Part shown: positions 11,111 to 25,600 of the stretch, one piece after another
Position numbering within the stretch: position 1 is the first letter of the stretch
Layout of the letters: each line of letters starts with the position of its first letter
Origin: Prorocentrum cordatum
Lineage: Eukaryota
NCBI GenBank assembly: GCA_963575745.1
Contig: CAUYUJ010000281.1
Coordinates: forward strand, 496,001-560,000
Reading direction: 5' to 3'
Length of the DNA: 64,000 nucleotides
Made by a program: the position numbers and the translations under genes
The notes under the pieces: model-generated
What the model was told of the DNA's origin: nothing
The model's database searches: none
What the model saw: the letters and a program-made list of their open reading frames with translations, nothing else

Positions 11111-11549
11111 TGTGGGGGGGGTTCTGGACCCCTCGCAAAGTTTTCCCAGCGGGGGGTGCTGGGGAACCCTCAGAAGAATGTCCCCGGGCGGGTGGGGGGG
11201 GGTTCGCCCCCTCCCCCCCCCTTCCCCCTGGTTTGGGGTGAGGGGGCTGCGAACAGCACGGCAGAAAGCGCTCTTGCAAGGCTGCCCAAAGGGAACCGAT
11301 GCCGCCAAGAATGCTCGATATGCCTCCAGAGGCAACTAATCGCCCCCAAAGAAGGCCCGAACAGGCATCAACGGGGCCCGAATAGGCGGGCATGACACCA
11401 GAGGAAAAACAAGAGGCCCTCCAGGAAATCCAGCATCGCTCAGTTACAACGAGGGGTTCCCTGAACAACTTCTCTGTGAGGGTCCCACATTGTGGTTCTA
11501 AGGGCGGGTGTGAGCCCGAGCGGATCCGGAATCGGTGGCTCAGGGTCGG

Positions 11550-11900
11550 CTATGTGGTCTCCCCGTATGGCCTGCCGGCCTGCCGTGTGGTCTCTCGTCT
11601 GGTCTCTGGTATGTTTTCCCGTGTGGTCTCTTCCGCGTTGTCATCAGCACGGTCTCCAAAGAATGGCCTGCCGCATGGCCTCCCGTAGGATCTCCGGCAT
11701 GGCCTCCCGTGTCGTCTTCGGCATGGCTTCCTGCATGGTCCCCCGCATGGTCTACGATATCTTCTCCCGCGTGGTCTCCCGCATGCTCTTGTCTCCCGTC
11801 TGGCCTCCCGGTCTCCCGTGAACTCTCCCGTCTGCTCCCCCACCCGGCGCGTTGCTTCCCGCATGGCTTTCCCGCACGGTCTCCCCAAGCGTCTCCCAAC
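11550..11900. repeat. Degenerate 12-bp minisatellite (ggtctcccgcat)
   Basis: Repeated tggtctcccg / tggcctcccg words. Confidence 0.75.
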
Positions 11901-12299
11901 TGGACTCCAGCATGGTGTCTCTTCGGTTCTACTGTTTGGGGTCTTCTGCCGCCAGGGTGTAGCGTTCGGGCCGCTGATGAGTTTACGCTTCCTTGGCCTC
12001 CCGGTTCAAGACGGTTCCATGGGACCTCGGAGGAGGCAGAAAGAGGCCCCAACAGCCCTCCAGAAGCCCCTCAGACGGCAAAGGACAGCCCAGGGAGGGC
12101 CGCATGACAGTCCGAGAGGGCCACGGGACGGCCCAAGAAAGCCCTAAGTTGCCCTTCTGACAAAGCCCAAAGACTTCCCAGACAGACGAGAGAGGCCCAA
12201 GACGGCTACAAGAGAGTTTCACAGGAGAACGCTACCATACACATACACGCGTACACACATGCAAATACAGATGTGTATGAGTGTAAATACATGCTTACG

Positions 12300-12353
<54 letters not shown>

Positions 12354-15300
12354 ATATATTTATTTATACACACGGGCACACATGGAAATACACACATACA
12401 CAGACATGCGCACTTACAACCAAGACTAGATCATTCGCTTAGGGTGTAAGGCGAAACTTAAGCAACAGAGTGAGTAGCCCGAATGCAAACTGCGCCGGAA
12501 GCTACTGAGGCATACGCTTACGTGGCCGATTACTCAAACCAAAAAAAAGCGAAGTCGCTCTCCGTCAACAGAGGTCAAGCTGAAGCAATAGCGATGATAA
12601 CGCAAGAATGTGAGCCTAAACCAGCATCTGCGAAGTGAGCCCCAGAAAACGCAGCAACAACCACCGTTGCAATCACTCCGCGGGTCGGTGGCGGAATTGC
12701 CAACCTCCAACAATGTGATTTGCTTCAATGTGGGATCCCCAGAGCTCTCGCCCCGTGAGGCGGAACAACACTGCCATCGCGAGTGGTTCTCTGATGGCCC
12801 AGGGGCCCGAAACAGGCCCTCAACCGCAGAGTGCCGTTGAAGTGCTCGGATTGGTTCACATGAAGGGGCCCTGGGACACACAAATAAATACGCACAACTA
12901 ACCGGATTCCCGATACTTTTCCATATTGTCTGGGCTTTGGTTTCCCCCCCACCTCCCATATTTTCCCATATTTTCGTGAGGGGCATCGACGATTAATCGT
13001 GTCTGTGTTTTCTCCCTCCTGACAGAAGTCTGGGATCACCACCGCAGCGCAGCAGCTCCAGCCCACGTGCCAATAGGCGGGCAGGCTGCCGCAGGAGCTG
13101 CCCGAGCATCCCCCCCTCCTTCTGGTGCTTTGCTCTGACAACCAGGACGTGGTCCACGTTCAGAACGTCTGCGTGGATCCACACCTCGCCACTTATCGAG
13201 GTCCCGCGATCAAACTTGCAGTGGCTCTGTCTCCCTCTCCCTGTCCCTGTGTCTGACCTCCTCTGCTTCTTCCTCTCTTCCTGCCTCTCTCTCTCTCTAT
13301 CCTCTTCTCGCGCTCTTCTGAGTCCATCCTCTCGCCCTCTTTCTATCCCGCACCTGCTGCGCAACTCTCACCCACTGCGCGTGAACCAAAACATGCACAC
13401 ACATACATTCGGGGCGTTGACCTAAGGAACAATCAATAAGGAAGGAGGCCATAATTTCCCCAACTGAGGCCATGAGGTCTGAAGGAACGACAGGGGGGCT
13501 CGCCACCCACAAAGGAACGGAACGCATGCGCATGCAAACCTAAGGAACGACCGAGCTCTTTTTTTTTCTTATAAAAAAGGGGACCTTATTCAACGCGCCG
13601 ACTGTGCACATGCACGCGCACGCTTCACAGACGCCGGGGCCGCAGAAGCACCGGCGCACGGAGCAGGCATCCGTGCTCGATGCGCACTCTTCCACACACA
13701 CACACACACCGGCCGCACACGCCAGCGCACGTGTACCTGCCCGCGCACGCGCACGGACTTGCCCCTGGGATGGGGAACGAGGAGGAGGAGGAGGAGGAGG
13801 GGGAGGAGGAGGAGGAGGGCACTGCACTCTTGTCGAAACAACATGTGCACGGCAGCATGTGCACTTATTCGTGCGCACGGGTGCGCATACCTATCTGCTG
13901 TGCTGACATGTGCGCACTACTTGTCGCGCGGACACGGGGGCGATTCACAGAGCTCGAACCACCCCTCCGTAAAAAAAAAGCGCGCCCTGGCAGGAGAAGA
14001 GGGAGGAATGGGGGAGAGGGGGCGGGGTGGAGGGAGGAAGAGAAGCATTGGGACCCCCCCTCCTCCCTTATCGCCTTCCTCTTCCTGACCCTCACCCTCG
14101 CCCGAACCTGCTGCGCCCCTACCCCCCCTCCGACCTTGACGATCCTGATCGTTCTGACCACCTCCCCGTTGTTGACCTCGAGGCACCTCAACAGATCCAT
14201 GATCCAGAGGAATTGTCGCAGACGGCGGCTAGGGCAGTGGAGACACCTCTTGCGACGAGGACATATCCTCCTCCTCCTCCTCCTCCTCCTCCTCCTCCTC
14301 CTCCTCCTCCTCCTCGACCACCTCCTCCTCTCTCCTCCTCCTCCTCCTCCTCCCTCCTCCTCCCCCTCCTCCTCCTTCTCCTTCTCCTCCTCCTCGTCCT
14401 CCTCCTCTCCTCCTCGTCCTCTCTCCGTCCTCCCCTCCCTCCTCCTCCTCCTCCTCCTCCTCCTCCTCCTGCCCCGTTCCCAAACAATCTGGCGGCCAGA
14501 TTTGCTTGAGAAACGTCTCCTCTGGATCCCTCGACCCCTTCCCAAGGGCCTGCCATAGATCCCGATCAGTTGTGTGAGGTTCATGGGGCCCAGAACCTGC
14601 ACCCGGAGGTCCCAAACTACGAGCCCACTGGCCGCCTTGCTTTTTGCGAGCCTCGAGATGTCTCGACTCCTCCTCTCCCCCCTCCTCCCCCATCCCTCTC
14701 GTCGCCCTCCTCCTCCCCCTCATTCTCCGACGCTGGACCCAAGGGGTGAGAGTGCGCCCCCATCCCGCCACCGCCGAGTGCGTCGCAACTCGTTTTGCTC
14801 TTCCTCCTCCTCCTCCTCGCCCCTTCTCCCCCGACTTCTCCTCCGTCCTCCCTCGTCCTCCCCCCTGCGCCCTCCTCTCCCCCATCCGCCTCCCGTTTGT
14901 TCTGCTGCTTCTCCTGCTGCCTGCAGCTGTTCCTTCTCCCCTTGCCCCGGCTCGTCAACATCACCCACCGTATGCGATTGCACCTGGTCGTTCCTTTGCC
15001 TCCTCCTCCCCCTCCTCCTCTTCCTCCTCCTCTTCCTCCCCAGCGACTGTTGAACCCGAAGAGAATGACGAAAATAGGATCAAGCTGGAACGATATGAAC
15101 ATGGTCAGCTTGCGCAGGAAGCCTGCTCGAGTCTCCGAAACATGCCAGCAGGGGGAAGCAGGCGAACGATATGAACATGTTCGAGTCGCGGGAGGGAGAA
15201 GGGATCGATCATACATCATGAACGTACTAGCGCTCCGTGCACGGCATGCGAGCCGTTGCAAGGTAGTGCACACTGCACACCTTCGGCCAGGCAAGCAGGA

Positions 15301-17099
15301 AGGCGGGAGGGAAAGCCAGCCTTGGAATCCCAAACCAGAACCAAACGCTTGAGCACAGACAAAACATAGGAGAAGCGCGAACTCGAGGGATGAGGATGGG
15401 GTCGGGGAGGAGATGAACGCCCGAACGGCGAGTAGCACTCCCGTCGGCCCAAGGGGCTAGAGCAGCATGAACAACGAAACGCGGAGATAGCTCACCTCGG
15501 AGAATACGCGTACCCATTACCATGCCGGACCTGTCTCTGAGCCACGTCATGGCCCACATAAGGCCAACCTGGATACACTACCACTGCTTGAGAGGATCTC
15601 TCGTCGAGAGCACACGTGCCGGAAGGCGCCCAAACCCTTTTCCGAGACCGCGAAGACAACAGAGCAGCATCGGGGGCGCGCAACCATTGACATGGAGTAG
15701 CAATCCATGGACTTTGCGCGCGGTCGCCACATCCATGCATCGGGGGAGATGCCCTCCCCAAGATGCGGCCGGTGCCGCATCGATCGGCGGCGGGAATCCA
15801 CGATGTCCCATGGAAACGGGACCCGTCGCTAATGCACGTCCCCTTGATCCATGCTTGCGATCGCCTGGCAGAAGTGGTAACGTCCACTTGCGAAGGAGCC
15901 CCTCCCTCTCCTCCCCTTACCCCTGGCCCCCAACGTGGAGGCAGACGCACCGCCGTGCGTGCCCGCGCCGACGCCGAGAGAAGCCCCTCCCCGCCCAACC
16001 CGCCGCTTTCCCTGCCACGCCGCCACTGCGCCCCTTGACCGACAGCCCCCCCGCAGCGTCGACGTGCGCGCGGGCGGGGGCCCCGCACCAACGAGGCGGG
16101 GGCCACCCGATGTCCCCTGCCCGCCACACCCGCCTGGCGCACGGCACCACCAGACGAGGGCGCCCCGGGCGTGCTCGCGTGCCGCAGCAGCGCGGGAGAC
16201 GCCTCCCCCGTGAAGACGAAGCGTGGACGAGGACAACATCGGACAGGGAGAGGTCGGGAATCTCTGAGACTCGGCACTTCTGGAGGATGTCTCGGGCGCC
16301 ACGGCCTTCACAGAGCGTTCCGGGACGCTCTGAGAGCGTTCCAGAACGCTCTGGAAGGAATTTCTCCTCGTCCCCGTCCGACCCCCCTCCCACTCTTCGA
16401 TTCTTCAGCACGTGGCCCTGGAACTCTCGACGCACTGCTCCGTATTATGCCGCGGGGGGCGGGCGAGTTGAGAGAACGGCAGCTCAGAGCCGGTCCCCAG
16501 AGCCCTCCCAGGGTCCCAGCGCAAGCTTCCCGAGCCGAGTCCGGCCGCGGCTACCATGCCACCCCCGCCCCCCCCACCCTGGGGAAACCCTCTGCCGGAG
16601 TGCGCTCTGACCAAGAACTTAAGGCCTCCCAGGCCACAAAACAAAGAAAACGAGGCAAGGGCAGCAAAATTTGCACCTTCCAGGACATGCGACATCCAGA
16701 TATTTCCTCAAGATGAATGATGGAGGGAGCGCCGCTGGATCTCCCAAAGGGGGGGGGAGGGAGGGGAACCATTCCCCCCCCCCCTTTCCTCGTCCGTCGT
16801 CGTGCCCCCCCCCCCCTCCCCCCTCCCGATCCAGTCCGTCGGGACCCCCCCCCTCCCCCCCCTTTCCTGGTCCGTCGTCGGGAAGCCCCCCCCCCTCTCC
16901 CCCCTTTCGAAAGGGGGGGGGGTGTCCGGAACCCCCCCCCCCCCCTTCCCCCACTTTGGCCGCACCCCCCCCCCCTTCCCCCCTTTCGCCACGCCGCCCC
17001 CTGACTCAGGAACCCGACCCCCCGCCACCCCTCTCCTAGTTATCACCCTAGCCCAAGCCCCTAATCCTAACCCCAACCACTAATCCCAGCCCCAAAGAG

Positions 17100-18425
17100 C
17101 ACTCACTACTCATTACTCACTACCGACTACTGACTACTCGCTACTCGCTACGCACTTTTCACTACCCCTACTCACTACTCGCGACTCACTACTCACTATC
17201 CACTACTCACTACCCACCACCCACTATTCGCTACTCACTATTCCCTGCTCACTACTCCCTCCACCCTACTCACTACTCACTACTCACTCCTCAGTACCCA
17301 CTCCTCAATACTCACTTCTAACAAATAACTACTCACTACTCCCTACCCACTACTCACTAACCAGTGCTCATTACCCACTAACCACTATCCACTACTCACT
17401 ACTCACTACTCATTGCCCGCAAATTACTACTCACTACCCACTACACGCTACTCGCTACTCCCTACACAATACTGACTACACAGTACTCAGTACTCACTAC
17501 CCGCTACCCCCATACTCGCTACTCAATACTCACTACTCACTCTCCGCTACTCACTACTCCCTACTCCCTACTCACTAGTCACTACATAGTTTCTAGTCGC
17601 TAGTCACTAGTCACTAGTCACTACCCACTACCCACTACTCACTACTCACTAATCGCTACTCACTACCCACTACTCGCTGACCACTTCTTACTACTCACTG
17701 CTCACTACTCCCTACTCCCTACTGGCTACTCACTACTCACTACTCGCTACTCCCTACTCGTCACGCACTACTCACTACCCACTACTCACTAATGACTACT
17801 CCCTACTCACTACTCACTACGCCATGCCCGCACCTCACTACTCACTACTCGCTACCCCCTACTCGCTACTCAGCTACTCCCTACTCGCTACTCACTACTC
17901 ACTACCCACTGCCCACTACACACTACTCTCTATTCATCAGTACTCACTACTCACTACTCACTACGCAGTACCCACTACTCACTACTCATTACTCACTACT
18001 CACTACTCACTACTCGCTAATCTCTACTCACTACTCACTAGTCACTACTCACTACTCACCACTCACTACTCACTACTTACCCACTACGCACTACGCGCTA
18101 CCCACTACTCACTACTCACTGGTCACTACTCGCCGCCCACTACTCACTACCCACTACTCACTACCCACTACTCATTACTCCCTAGTCCCTACTCAGTACT
18201 CACTACTCGCTACTCGCTACTCACTACTCAGTACCCGTTACTCACTACTCACTTATCGGTAAACACTACTCACTATTCACTATTCACTACTCCCCACTCC
18301 CTACTCCCTACTCCCTACTCGCCACTGACTACCCACTACTCACTGCCCAATACTCACTACTCACTACGCACTAACTCACTACTCACTAATCACTACTCCC
18401 TACTCCCAACTCTGTACTCCCTACA
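17100..18425. repeat. (ACTACTC)n 7-bp satellite
   Basis: About 1.3 kb of tactcac repeats. Confidence 0.95.
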
Positions 18426-18924
18426 CACTTTTTCCGGCGCAGAAAGGGGAAGCGAGAGAGGCCCCCCCTCCCCGGCTCCCTTTCGGGCGCAAAGGGGGGG
18501 AGGGGGGGTGTTCGACCCCCCCCCCTTTCCAGCGCCAAAGAGGGAGAGGGGGGGGGGTCGAAAATCTCACCCGCCATGGGGGGGGGGGGGTTCTGCGAGC
18601 AGCCCCCCCCTTCTCAATGACAGGGTGATCCAGTGGCGCGCTTGCCTTATGTTGACCCAACCTGCTTTAGCCTTGCTCACAAGAAAGAATGCATCAACAA
18701 CATCAAATTATCAAAAAAACACAGACATACATCAACAATACGATACACTAACAATCAATATCAAAAATCAATCACATATCATCAGAATCAGGAAAGTACC
18801 GAAACTGCAGAGTCTTCACGTGTCGGGCCCTGGGAGGCGATACTCGCTGGACACTGTCTGGACACTGTTCTGGGTGCTGGACACTACTTCTGGGATGTGA
18901 CCCTCAAGTGCGATGCCGACATGG

Positions 18925-19163
18925 AGGCCTCCTAGATGGTGTCGGAGTAGATGGGGTCGGAGGATTGCACCGCATCACCGATACATTGGCGAGACATCGC
19001 CGATACATCGCCGATGCATCGCCGATGCATCCGCGCCATCGGCGATGCATCGGCGACTCCAGCGTGGAGAAAATCGGGCTCCACATCGAGCCGCATCGCC
19101 AATACATCGACGATACGGCGCGATCCTCCGACCCCACCTACTCGGACCCCATCTAAGAGGCCT
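18925..19163. mobile_element. ~240-bp palindromic MITE-like element
   Basis: The left arm aggcctcctagatggtgtcggagtagatggggtcggaggat... is the reverse complement of the right arm ...atcctccgaccccacctactcggaccccatctaagaggcct. The centre holds catcgccgat repeats. Confidence 0.75.
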
Positions 19164-19597
19164 AGACGACAGCATAACTCAAGACGCGGTCTCCGGAGAA
19201 GTCCTGCCCGATTGCCCCGGGGACCGCCGCGTCACCACGAATCACTGCCTAACGACCCCTGGGCCCGCGGCGGGCCCCCGGAGGCCGAGAACGGCCCCAA
19301 AACAAAAAAAAACCTGCCGCCCGGACTGCTCGAGGCCTCCCCCTCCCCTGGCTCCTCCTCCTCGGTCCTCGGCCCTCCTCCTCAGTCCTCGCTCCTCCTC
19401 CTCGATCCTCTGGCCCTCCCCCTCGCTGCGCCGAGCCTCGCTCCTCGTCCCTCGAAGCCCCCACCTACGGGGAGAGGCCGAGCGGCCCGCGACTGCTGCT
19501 TCTCGTAGACCTCCTGGCGGGCGGGCGGGCTCCCCCCGCCCCCCCCGCCCCGTGCGCGCGATCGCGTGGGGAGGAAGGAGGAGGAGGAGGAGGAGGA

Positions 19598-19697
19598 NNN
19601 NNNNNNNNNNNNNNNNNNNNNNNNNNNNNNNNNNNNNNNNNNNNNNNNNNNNNNNNNNNNNNNNNNNNNNNNNNNNNNNNNNNNNNNNNNNNNNNNN
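19598..19697. other. Assembly gap (100 N)
   Basis: Run of n. It hides the 5' end (LTR/PBS/start codon) of the Gypsy-like element. Confidence 0.99.
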
Positions 19698-19698
19698 C

Positions 19699-22600
19699 TA
19701 CCTGGCGCTCATCCCTCCCGCGCACCGGGCAGAGGTGCTCAAGGATCGCCGAGTGTATCAGCGCTCTGGCGCCCAGCCCGAGGTCCGCGGCGTCGAGACC
19801 TGGAGGGAGGCCCATCGCGTGCTGCTGAAGCTGGAGGAGGCCGAGAGCTCGGCCAAGGCGCTCGTCGCGGCGGTGGGCTCGGACTTCGCGCCCAGCCCGG
19901 GCGGCGGCGGTGGCCGGCGTCGGCGCGGTGGCGGTGGCGGCGATCAGGAGCCGCCCGAGGTCGGCGCTGTTGGCAGCTCCGGCGGCGCCGGCGCTGAGGG
20001 TGCTGCGAAGGTCTGCTTCCAGATGAGGGACAGCGGCACGTGTGCGCGTGGCGACGCCTGCAGGTTCTCGCACGACCGGGCGGCTATCGCCGAGTCGCGG
20101 AGGACCAAGAAGGACGCGACCGGGCCGAAGGGCAAGGGCGCGGACGGCAAGAAGGGCAAGGGCTCGGACGACGGCGGCAAGGGCGGCCTCAAGTCGCAGC
20201 TCTGCCTGCAGTTCCTCCGGGGTGCGTGCAGCAAGAGCGAGAAGGACTGCAAGTTCAGCCACTCGGGTAAGGCAGCTCAGAAGGTCATTGCAGCGGTCTA
20301 CGCTGGCGCGGCCGCAGCTAAGGCGCCGCCGCCAAGCCTCGGCAGCGCGGGCTCCCCCGGCAGCGGCCAGGGAGCAGCGCCTGCGGCCGAGGAGGCGGCG
20401 CGGCCCGCAGCCTCTGGCGCGGCGCCGAAGGTGCAAGCTGCGGCGGGGGGCAAGCTCGAATGGGTGCGACCCTGTGGCGGCGTCTTCGGCCCGAGCTACG
20501 ACCTCCCGCAGGTGAGCGTCGTCAGGGGCTCGCCTTCGCCCGAAGGAGCTCTGAAGGACCTGGACCAGATCCCCGCCAGCGCCTGGACGCAGGTGCAGGA
20601 GCCCGACGACGGGTACCACTACTTGTGCCACACGCATGTCTACGGCCTCAGCATCAGGACGCTCCTCGATGGCGGGGCTGTGTTCTCCCTGACGTGGGAG
20701 GCGACGATCGTCAGCATCATCAACAGCGCGATCGCGGAGGGCAAGTCTCCAGAGGACCCCGACTGGCCGATCGCGGGCCTGATGCACTGGGGCCGGGACT
20801 CGAAGGCCTCGTCGGTGGCGGACAAGGGCGACCTGAAGATTCGTGGCATGGTGGACCTGCGCCTGGCCTTCGAGGGGCTGGATGGTACGCGAGTGGTGCG
20901 TGTGTTTCGCCTTCGGCTTCTGCGCGGGGGTTGGGACAGGCCGTTTCTTATCATTCTTGGGGCCCCAGCGCTCGATGCACCCCCTCTGGGGATCGGGCAC
21001 CGGCCTACGCTACAGGGCCACTACCTACCGGGGCTGGGCATCACGGTCAAGCGTGCGGAGGCCGACGCGGTGCAAGCGAAGCTGTTGACCATCTCGGCGG
21101 TGTTCTCAGAGTGCGATGCCGATAGGCGTCGAGGTGAGGATCGTCGGGCTGCCAGTGCTGTAGGATCCCTGGTGTGGTCCGGCGCGGCCTGCCCGAGCTA
21201 CCCCATCTGCATGGTCGGCGGCCAGTGCCCCGCGGAGTTCGGCGGCGGCGACGCAGGCGTGATCGTGCTCGACGACTCGGAGTCCGCCGTCCCCATCTAC
21301 CTGAGCGGCGAGGAGGGCGTGCGGCTGGAGCTCGGCGACTGCGCTCTGGTGCCAGCCCGCGCTAGCGGCTTCGCAGCGGGTATCGTCGGCGACGTGGTGG
21401 CGAATGGCGCGGCGGCCGTCTGGGCCGCCCCGGGCCCTTGGCTCGGCCGGGAGCAGCTCGTCCTGGTCGGCAACTGGGACCAGCCCGGCGTCAGCATCGA
21501 GGTCGGCGACATCGTGGGCGCCGTGATTCAGACCGACGGCGAGCCGGCCGGCGACGACCCGTCAGTGGCGCACGTGTGGCAGGATTGGGACGAGCTGCGG
21601 GACATCGTTGAGCTGGAGGTGCCGACGGACGAGTACTACGCCGAGCGTCTGGTCTACTGGCAGCGGAAGTACCCGAAGGCGGCCACCACCCTCCTCGAGC
21701 ATCTCTTGGCGGTCGAGGGCCTGCTGGACGTGTGCATCGCGGCCGGGTACTCCATGGGTGCCGAGAAGTCCCTCGAGCTGGCTCAGCGAGGCGCTCGGCG
21801 AGATCGTCCTGCGAGCGGCATCGTTATCAAGAACTGGTCGGTGCTCGAGGACGTCAGCGCTGCGGCGGTTCCTCGGCACGTTCAAGGAGGTGCTGGATCC
21901 GCGGCCACTTCCCCAAGGAGCGTGCAGAAGCCGCTGGGGATCCTCACGCAGCAGCAGCTCAAGAAGGACGCCGAGTGGCCGATGACCTCCGAGAAGGTTG
22001 CGGCCCAGCGCGCCATCCAGCAGCTCGCGTGCGAGGCCATCCGCCTCGCGGTGATCGACATGGTCGGGGCGATCTCGAAGGACCGCCCGCTCGAGCAGGT
22101 CGCGGATTTTTGCCCCTACGGTTGGGGTGGCAGCGTGTATCAGCTGGCCGCCGACCGCCGCACGCTCAACGTGCTGGCGATGTACGGCGGCTGCCTCAGC
22201 TTGGCGCAGAGCAATTGGCACCCCCGCCGGGGTGAGCTGTATGCGCAGCGCGAGACCCGGCGGGAGGCACGTAAGGATTTCGGTCGGCTGCCCGCCCTGT
22301 GCTGGACGGACCACGCGGCAGCGGTGAAGGACGCTACGGGCGAGGCCGAGACGGACTCCACCGTCATCCGCTGGGTTGGCGAGATCGAGAGCGACGGCAG
22401 CAGGCTGATGAATCTCTCGGGGCGGAGCGCGGCCCTTGGTGATGGCCCCTCCCGAGAGAACGAGGCCCACGGCAAGTTCCTGCGCGAGCAGGCTCACTCC
22501 CTGGCGAACATCACGATCGAGGACATCATCGGCGATGACTACCGCCCGGGGGAGGGGGCCCCGTGGGGCCTTGACGAGACCCCCGACGCGGCCGCCTTGC

Positions 22601-25600
22601 AGCTGGTGGCCGTGGCCGGGGCGGAGCGCGAGAAGGGCGACTCCATCGCGCTGCACCTGCCGGACTACGGATGCGAGAGGCGGCGGAGCGCAGAGCAGGC
22701 GCGGGCAGCTCGACAGCTGCAGCTGGCGGCGCCAGGCCTGCGGCTTCGCATGATCCCGCACGACCCCCCGCTGGCAGACGGTGCCGGCGGCCTGTGCTAC
22801 ATCGCGCCTCCTCGCTTCCCAGGTGATGCGAGTGGTAAGGCGCGGAAGCAGCTTCGCAATGACGTGCTGACCGCAGTGGCCGCCGTCTTGCGAGAGTGTG
22901 CCGCGCGGTGGCCCGAGGTCGTGATCGGGACGGGCCACGGCGGGCTGGCGGCGGCTGCAGCGGCCCACCCCAGAGTGGTGGAGGCCGCTCTCGCGCTGCG
23001 GTACGCGAGAGAGGCGGAGGGCATGCAGGTCGCGGAGGCGTGGGTGAACGTCAGGGCGTTCGTGGCGATCGGGCCGCGCGCCCACAGCCCGAGCAGGATC
23101 GGCTTTGTGCGAGAGGCGTTTCCGGAGTTCGGAGCGGCTGCCCACGGCGACGAGCGCCCGGCCCCCCTCTATTTGGTGGAGGGCGCCGGGGCGCACCGCC
23201 GTTTCGGGCAGGACCTCGGCGAGGCGCTGGGCGTGAAGGTGTCGGCCACGCTGGGCGAGGTCCTCATGCAGGAGGTGGTCTCTGCCCCCCCGCGGCTGCT
23301 GGAGTTCAGCGGCGGCCGCTGCGCGTGCGGGCGGAGTTCGCTGGTGCTGGCGCGGTGCGGCCAGTGCATCAGGGCCGACCGCGAGCTCGAGGAGGAGGCG
23401 CGGCTGGCTGAGGCGCCGGAGGAGGCGTTCGGGGAGCCCGACGCGGTCGACGTGGCGGCCTCGGCGGCGCGCATGCGCGCGGTCCGCCCGCAGCCGGCAG
23501 TCGCCGTCGGGCCTGGCCCCTGCGTCGCCGTGTCGGCGGAGCTCGTGCGGGACCTCCTGGAGTTTGGCGGCGGCCGAGCGGATTTCACGTGCAACTGCAT
23601 CCGGGTCCGCCGAGCGCCGGCCGCGGGCGTCGTGGCCTTGGAGGCCGCGCGGGGTTTCTCCTATCGGTTGTCGTGCTTTGTCGTGCCACAGGGGCCCGAG
23701 CCGGGCGTGGAGGTGGCGCTGGCGCAGCCGTGCGTGGAGTTCGGGCTGGAGCTCGTCACGGAGATCGACGTGGAGCTGCTGCAGGCGGGCTTGCCGAAGG
23801 GCGCCGAGCTGGTCCAGCTCTTCGCCTGCGCCTGGCTGCTGTGGGAGGGCGGCGCGCGCCTCCCCGCGCTGGGCGCTACTCACGTGCATCGGCACTGCAG
23901 GGGGTCGGCCGTCAGCAACGGTGCGATCATCAAGGTGTCCTCCTACTCCTCCGCCTACTCCGAGGTCTTCGCGGGCGCCCTGGGGCTATCATGGTACCGG
24001 GCCCTCCGCGATCGCTTCGGCGGGCGGGCATCAGGAGCCTTCGTCGAGTTCGCGGACTCCGACTTCGCGCGCGGCGAGCGGGAGGCCTTCGAGGTGCCGG
24101 ACGTCCTCGGGGCGATCACCAGCATGCGGGCGCCGGCGTCTGAGCAGGCATGCTCCGTCGGGCGCGTGGCATGCGCCCCGGAGCGCGGCACTGCAGCCTT
24201 CGACGCGGAGGTGGCGTACGGGCGCAAGCTGGAGGACGCCGACATCGCCATCAGGGAGGAGTACGCCGCGAAGGTGCGGGGCTGTGAGCCTGAGGCGGGG
24301 AGCGAGCCGTTCGAGCTGTCCAAGTCGCTTCGTGCCCACATCATCGGGGACCAGTGGAAGGACGAGGAGCTCGGGGCCGTCTGCATGCAGCTCCGCGCCG
24401 AGTCTGGCGCCGGCGACACCCCCGAGGCGCAGCGTCTCGGGGAAGACTTCGCGCTCGAGCAGTTCGTGTCGGTGGGCCCAGGGGAGCAGCGCTGGCTGCT
24501 AGTCCTCCCTGCGTCTGGCGGCCCGGGCTCGGGTATATCGTGGAGGCGCTTCATCTTCCTCCACGTTCACGCCGGTCCGTCTGGGGGTCACAAGACGGTG
24601 GTCGCCACTCGTGAGGGCGCCCGGCGGCTGGTGGTTTGGCCGGGGCTCGCGGCGGACATCGAGAAGTGGTGCGCTAGCTGCTGGGCCTGCCTCCGATTCA
24701 GGAAGCAGACTACGAAGGTGCAGGCCAGCTTCATCGTGGCACGGCACCGGCTTCCTTTTCATCATGTGGTCATCGACGTGGAGGGCCGCATCACTCCCCC
24801 CGACGTCGACGGGCACGCGTACGTGCTGACCTACATCTGCGTGACGACGGGGGCCCCCCTGCTCGAGCCGCTCAAGCACCTGCAGCACTCCGAGGTCCGG
24901 CGCGCCTTCTTTCGATGCGCGACTCGGGCCAAGACCTGGCCGATGCTGGTTAGTTCGGATCGTGGCAAGGAGTTCTGCGACGCTCTCATGGAGGAGCTCT
25001 GGGCACTCCTCAACTTCGCAGGCCGCTTCGGCACGTCGTGGAGGCCCTGCGAGCAGGCGGACGCGGAGCGGTCCCACATCGAGTGTGCGAGGGGGATCGG
25101 CATCTTCCTGCACGACGTTTTCAAGTGTGCCCCCGGCCAGTGGGCCGAGCTCCTGCCGATCGTCGAGTTCGCGTTGTGGAACTCGCCCGGCAAGTCGGCG
25201 CTGTCGCCGAGGGATCTCTGCATGGGTTGGTCGTTGGCTTCGCCGCTGGAGAGGGAGCTGCTGCCGCTGGAGCCCGCCGTTCGTGAGGCAGTCTCCGACG
25301 TCGCGGCAGCGCAGTTCGAGCAGTTCAGGCGTTTGCGGGAGGTTTATCTTCAGCATCGGGCTCGAGCCGGCCGACGCAGAGCGGAGCTGGCTAATCGCAC
25401 GAGATCGTCGAGGCGCCCGGAGGTCGGGGACATGGTATTGTTCAAGGACCCGAAGCTCTCCAAGGCCGTGGCCGGGCACGCTCCAGGCCGCCGGCCCCTA
25501 CGCGGCCCCTTCGAGGTCCTCTCCACGAAGGGCAACGTGGCCACGTTGCGGGACCCCGAGACCCAGCAGGTGCTCAAGGACATCCACGGGGATTTCTTGG

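Noticed and set aside
12990..15350. Short coding-looking islands between microsatellites (13020-13230, 14080-14260, 14470-14680, 15050-15350)
   Set aside because: Strand, frame and splice sites could not be fixed and there are no recognisable motifs. They may be exons but are unsupported.
17045..17095. Telomere-like ccctaa repeats
   Set aside because: Few, highly degenerate units at the edge of a satellite.
18913..19697. N-terminal 262 aa of the 2436-aa ORF
   Set aside because: It runs through a MITE, low-complexity sequence and a 100-N gap of unknown true length, so the frame continuity is an artefact.
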